NCBI GenBank assembly: GCA_002393975.1
Contig: DGSM01000125.1
Location: forward strand, 1 to 32,434
DNA from: Clostridiales bacterium UBA4362
Lineage (GTDB): Bacteria; Bacillota; Clostridia; TANB77; CAG-508
Length of the DNA stretch: 32,434 nucleotides
Direction of reading: 5' to 3'
Shown here: piece by piece, positions 9,498-18,787 of the stretch
Numbering within the stretch: position 1 is the first letter of the stretch
Layout of the letters: every line of letters begins with the position of its first letter
The notes under the pieces: generated by a model
The model's database searches: none
The model's input: the letters and a program-made list of their open reading frames with translations, nothing else
Told to the model about the DNA's origin: nothing
Program-made: the position numbers and the translations under genes

Positions 9498-11783
9498 TTA
9501 CTCAACTGGTCCATCTCCAGTGTTTGAGTCCATTAAAGATCTAACTCTTTCTACTGCAACATCATAATTAGCTGAAGCACCTGCTCTTCTGCTATTTAAA
9601 TCATCTAAGGTAGCTTGAAGACCAGTATCACCTGCTTCAATTTGTCTCATAACATCATCAATTTGTGCAGAAAGTTCCATATATTCTTGTTTTTGTCTTG
9701 CAGGTTCATTAAATATATCAATATCATGTTGAGTATCGTCTAACATAGTGTGTAATCTTTGAAGTTCATCACGTTGTTCATCAGTTAGATGATCTATATC
9801 TCTTTCTAAATCATCTATTTGATCTTGATAATCCTCGACCATTCGTTTAAAGTCATCCATTCTAGACATCATTCTACTTTCAAAATCCGGTGCCAATCCT
9901 GTAGTAGTTGTATAATCATCAAATGTACGTCCAAGTGGTACTCCAGTAGGAGGTTCAGGAAGGCTTGCTCCAGAATCAGCTGGATTAGCTGGCGCAGCCG
10001 GAGCAGCAGCTGCTGTTGCAGAAGCACTTGCTGATGCACCAGATGTAGCACTTGCACTTGCACTTGAACTTGAAGTTGAACTTGCTGCAGTTTTTGGTGC
10101 TCTTCCCCATAAAGCCTCTGGAGTAATTGCACCAATAACTCTTGCAGAAGAATTACCAGCATATTCTCCAATTTCACCTTTTTCAATCTTCTTAACAATA
10201 TCTAATACAGCATCATTTCTCTTACCTTTGTCTTTTATGCTTGGGTCTGCTGTAGCCTGTAATCTATCAAATAAAGCAAGTCTTGATCTAGTAACTTTAA
10301 TTCTATCTTTATCCTTGTCGGCTTTAGCTTCATCAAGTGCTTTTTTAAGCTCATCTCTTGTGATAGTTCCCTCAAGCATTTTTCTACATTCTTCTGCTAC
10401 TTCAGCTGCAGTTTTACTTTCGTCGTAGTAGCTATAGTCATTAAATGCTCTTGCCAATCTATGCTCGTCAGAAGCTGCATTTATATATGTTTGATTTAGT
10501 TGATGTGCATTTTCCATACCTTTTAACGCAAACAAGAATTCATCTCCGAACCTTTCAGTTGCACCACCTTGAGCAGTTCCTGTAAATAGTCCAGTTGCAA
10601 TAGTGTTTGTTTTTACGTAAGTCTTTCCTGCAGTAAGTAGTCCTTCTCTAAGTCTAGCATGGTTTTGAAGGAATTTAGCTGGTGGCAAGTTATTTAATTT
10701 ACTTGCAACTTTCTTACCTGCTCCAGAATTCTTTAACGCATTTCCACCGAAAGATACCGCTTTTTTACCAACACCAGATAATGCAGTAAGCATAGCCATA
10801 TTTTCTGCGGCTCTTCCAATACCATTTGGTCTAACACCAAAGATTTCTCTAACAATATTTTCAGCAGAAAGAATAAATCCTAACATAACTATACCAACAA
10901 TCATTGTTGCTAAGGATGCTGATGGGTTAAATACTTGGTTTCCCTCTGGAACCATTACTTTTACAGCTGATGTCCCCAAAACTAGATAAGCTACACATTG
11001 AAATGGTTGAATTAATACTGTTGTCCAGAACTGCTTAAACCAAGTATCAAAAGCTTGTGATCTACCATCTTTCATCTTATCTATTGAATAAGTAATAGTT
11101 ACTAATGGTGCAATTGTTATTAAGAAAGCAATGTGTACCATTCTTTTTACATACGTTACAAAAAATAAGAAAGTTAATATTTGTAATATTAAATAACCTA
11201 TTGCACATCCTGCTCCTATAGAAAAGCTTTCCAGAGGTGCTACGCCTACATCATGTAGTTGTGAAGTTAAACCCGAAAGTTGTAAAAGACTATCATCTTG
11301 ACTGTTTTTTAAAGGTTGATATAGAGTTTTTACCAACGAATCATTTACTGTTATTACTAAAAGTATAATAATATGTAGAACAAATAAAAGTGCTAAACTC
11401 TTTAGCCAGTCAACTAACATTGTTTTATATTTTGCTTGATCTGCAGCAACAGTAGCTAATGCCATTCTTAATCCTACATAAATTACAATAATAGCAATTA
11501 AAACTATTGATAAATTTCTAAGTGCTGTATACCATACAGAAATATTGTCTCTAATTGCATTTACCGCTCCTGCTCCTGTACTTCCTGCATCTACTTTTTC
11601 AAAGAAATTTATATTTAAGATAGGAACCTTATTTTCAACTTGATTGAAGAGAATGTCTTCCATCGTGACAGTTGTACCTTTACCTGTTAGTCCCAGTATC
11701 AGACCGATGATATCACCTAATAAGCAAGTTAATAGTCTCGCCGGCCATAAGAATATTCCTATAATTCCATCGAAAATAAACAT
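9498..11783 (-). CDS. VirB6/TrbL-like polytopic T4SS membrane protein with Ser/Ala/Pro linker and acidic coiled-coil tail
   Basis: TMEDILFN..P.L.INFF, WYTALRNL, AKYKTML, YVKRM...IAPLVTITYSIDK...AFDTW...QPFQ, followed by a long soluble tail. Confidence 0.75.
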   Translation of the reverse strand: MFIFDGIIGIFLWPARLLTCLLGDIIGLILGLTGKGTTVTMEDILFNQVENKVPILNINFFEKVDAGSTGAGAVNAIRDNISVWYTALRNLSIVLIAIIVIYVGLRMALATVAADQAKYKTMLVDWLKSLALLFVLHIIILLVITVNDSLVKTLYQPLKNSQDDSLLQLSGLTSQLHDVGVAPLESFSIGAGCAIGYLILQILTFLFFVTYVKRMVHIAFLITIAPLVTITYSIDKMKDGRSQAFDTWFKQFWTTVLIQPFQCVAYLVLGTSAVKVMVPEGNQVFNPSASLATMIVGIVMLGFILSAENIVREIFGVRPNGIGRAAENMAMLTALSGVGKKAVSFGGNALKNSGAGKKVASKLNNLPPAKFLQNHARLREGLLTAGKTYVKTNTIATGLFTGTAQGGATERFGDEFLFALKGMENAHQLNQTYINAASDEHRLARAFNDYSYYDESKTAAEVAEECRKMLEGTITRDELKKALDEAKADKDKDRIKVTRSRLALFDRLQATADPSIKDKGKRNDAVLDIVKKIEKGEIGEYAGNSSARVIGAITPEALWGRAPKTAASSTSSSSASASATSGASASASATAAAAPAAPANPADSGASLPEPPTGVPLGRTFDDYTTTTGLAPDFESRMMSRMDDFKRMVEDYQDQIDDLERDIDHLTDEQRDELQRLHTMLDDTQHDIDIFNEPARQKQEYMELSAQIDDVMRQIEAGDTGLQATLDDLNSRRAGASANYDVAVERVRSLMDSNTGDGPVE

Positions 11784-11800
11784 ATTTTCTCCCTTCTCTC

Positions 11801-14800
11801 TTATTTAAGTTCCGTTATAAATTGATCTAAACTATACGGACTAACGCCTTGTTTTCCTGATACTTGATTTATATCACGTATAGTATTAAATTTAAGTGCT
11901 TGTTCTGTAAAGGTTGAATCTCCTCCACCAATATCTCTAACAATTTGACCTGTTAATCTATCACTTAACACTTGTGCCATATCAACAAATCCGCCATCAG
12001 AGCTTCTGACTCTTGCACTATTTGATGGAGCATTTGCTCTAGGTTCAGAAATGCTTGAAGCTGTAGTAGCTCTTCCAGTAGATGATGCCTCGGTTGTACT
12101 TGTTGTTCTTGGTTCTGCTGTAGGTGCTCCTTGCTCTCTTAGTGATTCATCTATTGATTGTTCAAGTTTTCTTATTGCTTCTAATTGACGTCCTATATCA
12201 GTTTCACTTATTGGCTCTCCACTGCTTGACATCCTTTCAACTTCAGAAAGTCTACTTTCCAATTCATGCATTCTTCTTTCAGTATCACCTATAGCTTTGT
12301 CAACATCTGCACTTGGTGATATTCTTTGTTGTGTTTTAACGCTTTCCATTCTTCTAGCTAGATCACTTTGAGTTTTTCTAGCCTCTTCTGTAAATTTTGG
12401 CCTTTCTTCAGTAGTTCTTGTTACTTGGTCATTTCCTTGTGGTCCAATAGCAACTGGTCCTTCTCCGCTTTCTGTTTGTGTTTTTGCATCATTATTACCA
12501 GCAAAGCCTCTTTGTTTAGAAGATTCTCCCATCTGCCCTCTTAATTCTGCAGAAGTAATTCTTGTAGCAAAGGCTTTTGAGCCTCGACTTGTACTTGGTG
12601 TCTTACCACCTTCTCCTAGTTGAGAAGGAGTTTCTTGTTCACCATTATTTCCAGAAAAACCTCTATCTCCTAATGCACTTCCATGTTCTTCTCTTAATTC
12701 CTCTGATGTTTTTCTAACTTCATAACTTCCTTCAGAAAGTCCTTTTAATGATCCTAGAAGACTTGCTTTATCAGCATCTAGCTTTGATAAATCATCATTA
12801 ATCTGTTTTAATTCTTTTTCTTCAAGTTCACTCTTTCCGCCTAGTTGTGCTATTTTTCTTTCTAATGAAGTTTTTCTACTTTGTAGTCTTCGCTTTTCAA
12901 TATCTAAATGATTTAATTGTTCTTGTATCAGTTTAGCTTGGTGTTCAGCTTTCTCTTTTCTTCTTAGATCTTCAACAGATCCACTTGCAAACATTTTTGA
13001 ATCTCCTGGTCCAAGAGCTCCATCTGCCCCTGCTGGGCCTGTTGCTGAATCTGGTCCTTCTGGTCCATGCGCATCTGTGTCTCCACCAAATCCCATGTCT
13101 CCAGTAACACCATTTCTGGCTCTGTCTCTTGCATTTTCAATAACATCTGAATCGCCAAGTTCATCATCATAAATTGATCCAGATCTAATTGATTCATTTA
13201 TAGCATCACTATTCTCTAATAGTGTGTTTCTAATAATTTGCCTATATCTTTCTCTTTGGTCAGGATCTTGAACTCTAATGTTTATTTTTGTTCTCTTCAT
13301 TACATCATTTGCAACCAAATCTACATTTGATGCATCTAATGTTTTAATATTGTGTAATAAAATAGATGAACGAACAGTATTTTTTAATGAGAATGAATTA
13401 ACATTATACTTATTAAGAGTTCTTAATGTGCCTCTTCCCTGATATGCAGTTTCAGAGCTCATTTTCTCAAAGTCTTGATCTAATGTATCCATTAATCTAT
13501 TGCCAACAACAACGTTGTTCATTACTTTATTATATTTATCTCTTTTCTTCTTAGATTGTGTCTTAGCACCACCTATTACATCATTTCCACCTGAAATAAA
13601 TAAATCTGTACTTGCTACTCCCAAAGCAAATCCAAGATTTGTATGTCCAGTTTCATATTGTGAATCTGAAGTAACAGCAAGAGGTATTGCCATAAATCCA
13701 CCAGCAATAGCCACAGCTTGTTTTACTCCACCGGTAAACATCTTCTTTCCTTGATAGTCCTTAAGTCCTTTAATGATAGTTTTAGCTGCTTTTCCTTGTG
13801 AATTCTTTCTCTTACGGCTCTTACTTAAAATTCTTCTTGTTTGTGCAACATCTACTGTTCCATCATCATTGTATGTTGTGTCTAAATCAGCTGCACTTGC
13901 TGATCTAATTGCTTGTTCTCTTCTCTTCTGATGTTCAGTAACGCCTGTAACATCTTTAAGCTTTTTAGTAATCCTAGAATCTTTAATTGCATCTTTTGTA
14001 TTAATAGCAGAATTCTTAAGTCCTTTAAATGATTTTCCAATACTTTGCCATGTTTTAACATTTAAGTATGTAGAACTTGTAAGTAAAGGAGCACTATCCG
14101 CACCAGGTGTTAGCAATTCACTAATGAAAGAGCCTCCTCCACCATTTGAATTAAAGTTAAATATTTGAGTAGCTAAAACAGTTATATGAGTTACAGCATG
14201 TAACATTAGTAAAGCTACAACGAATCCTGCGATGTTGACTAAAGCTAGATCTATTGCAGTAGTTATCAATGTTAAAAATACTAAAGCATGTATACTTTGT
14301 AAAAATGTAGTAGTTGTATAATCTCCTAACCATTTTCCAAATTCATTACTACTCTTTCCATTTAAAGATAAAACTGCATGTTTAATAGCAATTAATGGTG
14401 CTAATACAGTTAGTATCATTAATCCTGCATATCTTCTTACATATATAAAGCAAAATCTTACAAAATAAATTGTAAGTACTAAATACATTATCGCTCCAGG
14501 AATACCAACTTTATATCTAACATCAAAAGCTCTTTTTACAATGGTATTATAGACTTGTCCTGTATTTCCTATTGGTTGATGTGTATCTGGATCAACTTCA
14601 GCCCCGTATTTATTTGCTAATGAATCTTGTAATATCTCTAGCATTCTTGCATTAAAGTATTGGATTACATACATAAATATGTGCATAAGCAAAACAATTA
14701 CCAAAGCTTTTACCCAATTCACAAGCATATTTTTATAATTAGCTTTATCTTGAGCTACAGTTGAAATAGCTATTTTAACACCAGCAAAAATTATTACAAT

Positions 14801-15175
14801 AGCTATTACAACTATAGCCACATTTCTAAATGATATATACCAAAGTTTAACTACTTTTCTAATAATGTCTATGGTACTACCTTCATTTATTTTTTTTCCA
14901 CCAGCAGTCTCAGAAAAGAAGTTTGCATCTAGTAATGGAATTCTATTGAAAAATAAATCTTCAATAGTATAAATCTTCATAGTATTGCCACCATCTACAG
15001 GTTCTGAAGAAGGATCTTCTGGTGTTCCTTCTTCTTGATAGATATCAGCATCTATGTCATCATCTTGGCCTTCTCCAATAGCATAAATATTACTTGCCAA
15101 AGAAAATAGCATTGAAACTACTGCTATTATACTTATTAAATTAACCAAATAATTATATATTTTCTTAGAGTTCAA
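11801..15175 (-). CDS. VirB6/TrbL-like polytopic T4SS membrane protein with a very long (>600 aa) C-terminal tail
   Basis: TIEDLFFNRIPLLDANFF, WYISFRNV, KANYKNMLVNW, YVRRY...LAPL...FGKW...LQSIHA. TTG start with AAGGGG RBS. The tail has a coiled coil and low-complexity repeats. Confidence 0.75.
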   Translation of the reverse strand: MNSKKIYNYLVNLISIIAVVSMLFSLASNIYAIGEGQDDDIDADIYQEEGTPEDPSSEPVDGGNTMKIYTIEDLFFNRIPLLDANFFSETAGGKKINEGSTIDIIRKVVKLWYISFRNVAIVVIAIVIIFAGVKIAISTVAQDKANYKNMLVNWVKALVIVLLMHIFMYVIQYFNARMLEILQDSLANKYGAEVDPDTHQPIGNTGQVYNTIVKRAFDVRYKVGIPGAIMYLVLTIYFVRFCFIYVRRYAGLMILTVLAPLIAIKHAVLSLNGKSSNEFGKWLGDYTTTTFLQSIHALVFLTLITTAIDLALVNIAGFVVALLMLHAVTHITVLATQIFNFNSNGGGGSFISELLTPGADSAPLLTSSTYLNVKTWQSIGKSFKGLKNSAINTKDAIKDSRITKKLKDVTGVTEHQKRREQAIRSASAADLDTTYNDDGTVDVAQTRRILSKSRKRKNSQGKAAKTIIKGLKDYQGKKMFTGGVKQAVAIAGGFMAIPLAVTSDSQYETGHTNLGFALGVASTDLFISGGNDVIGGAKTQSKKKRDKYNKVMNNVVVGNRLMDTLDQDFEKMSSETAYQGRGTLRTLNKYNVNSFSLKNTVRSSILLHNIKTLDASNVDLVANDVMKRTKINIRVQDPDQRERYRQIIRNTLLENSDAINESIRSGSIYDDELGDSDVIENARDRARNGVTGDMGFGGDTDAHGPEGPDSATGPAGADGALGPGDSKMFASGSVEDLRRKEKAEHQAKLIQEQLNHLDIEKRRLQSRKTSLERKIAQLGGKSELEEKELKQINDDLSKLDADKASLLGSLKGLSEGSYEVRKTSEELREEHGSALGDRGFSGNNGEQETPSQLGEGGKTPSTSRGSKAFATRITSAELRGQMGESSKQRGFAGNNDAKTQTESGEGPVAIGPQGNDQVTRTTEERPKFTEEARKTQSDLARRMESVKTQQRISPSADVDKAIGDTERRMHELESRLSEVERMSSSGEPISETDIGRQLEAIRKLEQSIDESLREQGAPTAEPRTTSTTEASSTGRATTASSISEPRANAPSNSARVRSSDGGFVDMAQVLSDRLTGQIVRDIGGGDSTFTEQALKFNTIRDINQVSGKQGVSPYSLDQFITELK

Positions 15176-15192
15176 CGCTATTCCCCTTTTCT

Positions 15193-15468
15193 TTATTCTC
15201 CTGTATTATCCCCTGGTGTTTCAACTATTGTTTGTTCTGTTTTATAAAAAACATAATTAACCATTATTTCTATAATTCTAGTCCACCCTATTATTACACG
15301 TTTTAAACCATTTATTAATAATCCCATTAATAAATCTAAAAGTCTTCCTAAGTTTTTAAATAAATTAGCAATAGGATTTGTATACCCTTCATAGCTTACT
15401 GTCTTTGGAAGTCCAGAAAATTTAAATTCTCTTACATCTAAATCAACATAATCTGCATCTATGTCATA
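15193..15468. repeat. Direct repeat copy 1 (276 nt, 3' end of gene); copy 2 at 17666..17941
   Basis: Gap-free alignment by eye; most nucleotide differences are at synonymous positions. Confidence 0.9.
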
Positions 15469-16137
15469 TGCACTAATAGAAGTTCCATGCGATTGACTAG
15501 ATTGAGAAAAACCATCATATGGGCCATAGTTAATTACTTTCAATAATTTTTCATTATGTTGGCCTTTCCAATCTGGGAAACACCATGTTCCTGGATTATC
15601 GTTTTGGCCTCCACCAGCATAATATCTAGATGAATAATAATCTACCATGAATTCAATAACATTACGTCCATTCATATCAGCATATTCTGCATAATTGCCT
15701 TCGTCGCCTTCTATTCCTTTTTCGTCTCCCATTATGCACTCAAATGTAATTCCACTTTCATAAATGAAGTCTACTCTGTCTCCTGCTTTACCAAAAGCTT
15801 GTCCTGTTGCGACTACATAGTATCCATTTATTACTCCCAATCCATGTTCATCAAAAGCCGCTTCTTTGTTTGGAAGATAATACTTATCATATAATGCTCT
15901 TTGGTTAGTACCAGCTTTCCATCCTTTTCCTGGTCCCATAGCCTCTCTATTCCAAGCTTCAATTACGAAAACATCTCCTATAACTCCATCAGGTGGAATT
16001 ATTTCTCTTGTTTCAGCATAAACATAGAATGTTGATAGATGTTGAATTATGGATAAAATCGTTATTTGCATAATCAATAATATGATTATTGTTTTTTTCG
16101 ATTTATCTTTTAAGTTTTTTAAGATATTTCTTGTCAT
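15193..16137 (-). CDS. Exported protein with a divergent central domain and a conserved 91-aa C-terminal module; paralog of 17666..18787
   Basis: Signal-like N-terminus ending VYA; ATGQAFGxxGDR motif; C-terminus 85/91 aa identical to the paralog; 4-nt ATGA overlap with the upstream gene. Confidence 0.8.
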   Translation of the reverse strand: MTRNILKNLKDKSKKTIIILLIMQITILSIIQHLSTFYVYAETREIIPPDGVIGDVFVIEAWNREAMGPGKGWKAGTNQRALYDKYYLPNKEAAFDEHGLGVINGYYVVATGQAFGKAGDRVDFIYESGITFECIMGDEKGIEGDEGNYAEYADMNGRNVIEFMVDYYSSRYYAGGGQNDNPGTWCFPDWKGQHNEKLLKVINYGPYDGFSQSSQSHGTSISAYDIDADYVDLDVREFKFSGLPKTVSYEGYTNPIANLFKNLGRLLDLLMGLLINGLKRVIIGWTRIIEIMVNYVFYKTEQTIVETPGDNTGE

Positions 16138-17645
16138 CCTAAATTTAAAGACTTTCCGTTATCGTAATATAAAGTGTTGTTTTCAATTTTTTCTAACGAA
16201 AACTCATATTCTCCTTCTATAATTGTAGTAGTTGTTGCATTCTCTGCATTATAGTAATATATTCCTTTATTAGGAATATTATAAATAAATGTTGTATCAG
16301 AATAATTTAAAACTTTCATTCCTCTTATATAAGTAATTGAAGAGTCTAAATTAGTACTTTTTGTAGAAAAGAAATTAACAGTATTAGTATCCTTTTCAGA
16401 TATTACTGCGTATTTCTCTGTTAAAACTGAAACATTTAAATCCTTAATTTCTCTTACAAAGGCTCCTCTATATCCAATATCTACACCATATCTTATTTTT
16501 TCTGTTTCAAAAATAAGATCTTCATTAAATTGAGTTGATATATTAATTGGAACATCTCCTTCAATTAATTCTTCAACAGAAGATTCTGGAGTTACCTTTC
16601 CTAAATAATTTCTATAAATCGTAATAGTATTTGTATATTTTCCAAAAGTAACTGAAAACCCATATTCAGGATAAGATGCAGAAACTTCATCTTCAGTCTC
16701 TATAGTTGATTCTGGGTTCGGATATAATTGAGTTAACTTATTATAGAAAGAAGTAACATCTCCATTTTTATTTAGTTCTTCAACTAAATTTGCAAATTGA
16801 TTATTTTTATCTTCATCTAATTTATTAACTTTATAAATAGATATTTCTCCATTTACAAAGAAAGCATAAATATCATTTGACTTGTAACCAATAATAAGCC
16901 CATCACGAAGATTAAAAGTTGGTTCTCCTAACATTCCTTTTATAGCATCATTGGTCATATTTGTAGAAATATTATTAACTACTTTATCTTTATATTGATG
17001 TGTAAAAACTATATTATAAACATATATTCCATGTGTTTTAATTCTATAACCTTCATCAAAATAGTTATCATAACTTAGGGCAGATGAATCAACTGTTCCT
17101 AAATCATTTGTATTTCTTCTAATCCAATCTACATTCATTATAGATTGTAATTCTCTTGAATTAATTGTTAAATTAGTTAATGATACTTCTAATTTAGATT
17201 TTTGGATTAACGCTTGTTGCTTAGCAAAATAATTATGATCTCCATTTATGGTATACGTTGAATTAAGATTTACTTTGTCATATACAACTCTAATTGTTAT
17301 TCCTTTTTCTTCGTCTATTAATCTGTAGTTACCTTGAACTGCATATGATACATCTTTTATAATGTTTTCATATTCTTCTTTATTTGAATAACCATTTTCT
17401 TCAACAGGTGGTCTTTTTAATTTTGCATAAATATCTTTAGAAAAGCCATCCTCTTTAGATTTCTCAACCTTAATTAAAGTACATTCATAATATGATAGAG
17501 CATTTAAAATGTCTGTTGGCCCATTCTGACCTAATGTACTTCTATAATAGATTACTGATCCTATCATAATAGCAATTAGCGCTACTAGAAGGATTATAAA
17601 AATTATTTTTAATCTTTGATTCAAATCTGTTTTTTTCTTTTCCAT
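16134..17645 (-). CDS. Membrane-anchored extracellular protein of unknown function; paralog of 18759..20237
   Basis: N-terminal TM. Shared motifs DIYAKLKxPPxEENGY, MTNDAIxxxLGxPT, GYxSNDIYAFF, GDVTSFYNxLxxLYPNPES, LEKIENNxLYYDN. Confidence 0.8.
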   Translation of the reverse strand: MEKKKTDLNQRLKIIFIILLVALIAIMIGSVIYYRSTLGQNGPTDILNALSYYECTLIKVEKSKEDGFSKDIYAKLKRPPVEENGYSNKEEYENIIKDVSYAVQGNYRLIDEEKGITIRVVYDKVNLNSTYTINGDHNYFAKQQALIQKSKLEVSLTNLTINSRELQSIMNVDWIRRNTNDLGTVDSSALSYDNYFDEGYRIKTHGIYVYNIVFTHQYKDKVVNNISTNMTNDAIKGMLGEPTFNLRDGLIIGYKSNDIYAFFVNGEISIYKVNKLDEDKNNQFANLVEELNKNGDVTSFYNKLTQLYPNPESTIETEDEVSASYPEYGFSVTFGKYTNTITIYRNYLGKVTPESSVEELIEGDVPINISTQFNEDLIFETEKIRYGVDIGYRGAFVREIKDLNVSVLTEKYAVISEKDTNTVNFFSTKSTNLDSSITYIRGMKVLNYSDTTFIYNIPNKGIYYYNAENATTTTIIEGEYEFSLEKIENNTLYYDNGKSLNLG

Positions 17646-17665
17646 ATTCTCTCTTCTAATATTAT

Positions 17666-17941
17666 TTATTCTCCTGAATCATCACCTGGTGCTTCAACTA
17701 TTGTTTGTTCTGTTTTATAGAAAACATAATTAACCATTATTTCTATAATTCTTGTCCATCCAATTATTACACGCTTTAGCCCATTTATTAATAGTCCCAT
17801 TAACATGTCTAAAGCTCTTCCCAAATTTTTAAATAAATTTGCAATAGGATTTGTATATCCTTCATAGCTTACTGTTTTTGGAATACCAGAAAATTTAAAC
17901 TCTCTTACATCTAAATCTACATAGTCTGCATCTATATCATA
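17666..17941. repeat. Direct repeat copy 2 (276 nt); copy 1 at 15193..15468
   Basis: Encodes YDIDADYVDLDVREFKFSG...KTEQTIVExPGDxxGE. Confidence 0.9.
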
Positions 17942-18787
17942 TTTTGTAGTAGAAGAAGCTGCTCCAGGCCAAGCCACATCTTTTGATACTCTTTGGTTTG
18001 GATTTTCAAAACCTTGAAATCCTCCTTGATTATCAACTTCTATTAATACCCAGTGACCTGTACTTGATCCTCCAAATCTAGACATATCTGTTCCCATTGT
18101 CCAAGGAAGTGAATCAGCTCCACAAAATTCTATAGTATTTAATCCCCACAAATCGGCGTACCAACCATATGGCCCTTCAGGGAACCATCCTAAAGAAGCA
18201 TACCAATCATCTGGAGCTTTAGCATCTTGCATAACTGTATTTATTACTAATTCTTCTCCATTGTCCAAATTTTTATACTTGAAATTAATTCTATCTCCTA
18301 CAACACCAAAAGCTTGTCCTGTTGCTTGAATGTAACATTTATCTGCTCCATCCATAACATAGCAAACACCACCATCAGTTTGTATAGAGTCTCCTAATTT
18401 TTCACGAAATTCTCCTTGTTTATATCCCCAACTTTGTCCTATATAACCAGATACTGTATATTCTCTAACCCAATGCCATCCTTGAACGCCAATCATAGCA
18501 TTTGAATTAAAGCTAATATTTGTATCTGGATTCTTATCTGGTACATAATAGTTTTGTTGATAAATTGAATCTATTTCTTCCTTGCTAGTATATTTAGTTG
18601 GTACAGGGAACTCGATTAGCTCGGCTCTTGACACACTATTTAAAACCAATATATTACTAAGCATTCCGTTAATAGATAGTTGTGATAAGAATGTGATTAA
18701 TATTAAATTCAAAAAAACAATTTTCAAATATTTTAAGAATAATTTCATATTAAATCTTTTATCCAATCGGTAAAGTTTTATTATCAT
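17666..18787 (-). CDS. Exported protein with a divergent central domain and a conserved 91-aa C-terminal module; paralog of 15193..16137
   Basis: Hydrophobic N-terminus (true start may be the ATG at 18748); ATGQAFGVVGDR; conserved C-terminus. Confidence 0.8.
   Translation of the reverse strand: MIIKLYRLDKRFNMKLFLKYLKIVFLNLILITFLSQLSINGMLSNILVLNSVSRAELIEFPVPTKYTSKEEIDSIYQQNYYVPDKNPDTNISFNSNAMIGVQGWHWVREYTVSGYIGQSWGYKQGEFREKLGDSIQTDGGVCYVMDGADKCYIQATGQAFGVVGDRINFKYKNLDNGEELVINTVMQDAKAPDDWYASLGWFPEGPYGWYADLWGLNTIEFCGADSLPWTMGTDMSRFGGSSTGHWVLIEVDNQGGFQGFENPNQRVSKDVAWPGAASSTTKYDIDADYVDLDVREFKFSGIPKTVSYEGYTNPIANLFKNLGRALDMLMGLLINGLKRVIIGWTRIIEIMVNYVFYKTEQTIVEAPGDDSGE

Noticed and set aside
15193-17941. 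The 276-nt repeat pair as a DGR template/variable repeat, or as an assembly artefact
   Set aside because: Both copies are coding, the differences are mostly synonymous and not adenine-specific, no reverse transcriptase is present, and the copies are too diverged to be a mis-assembly.
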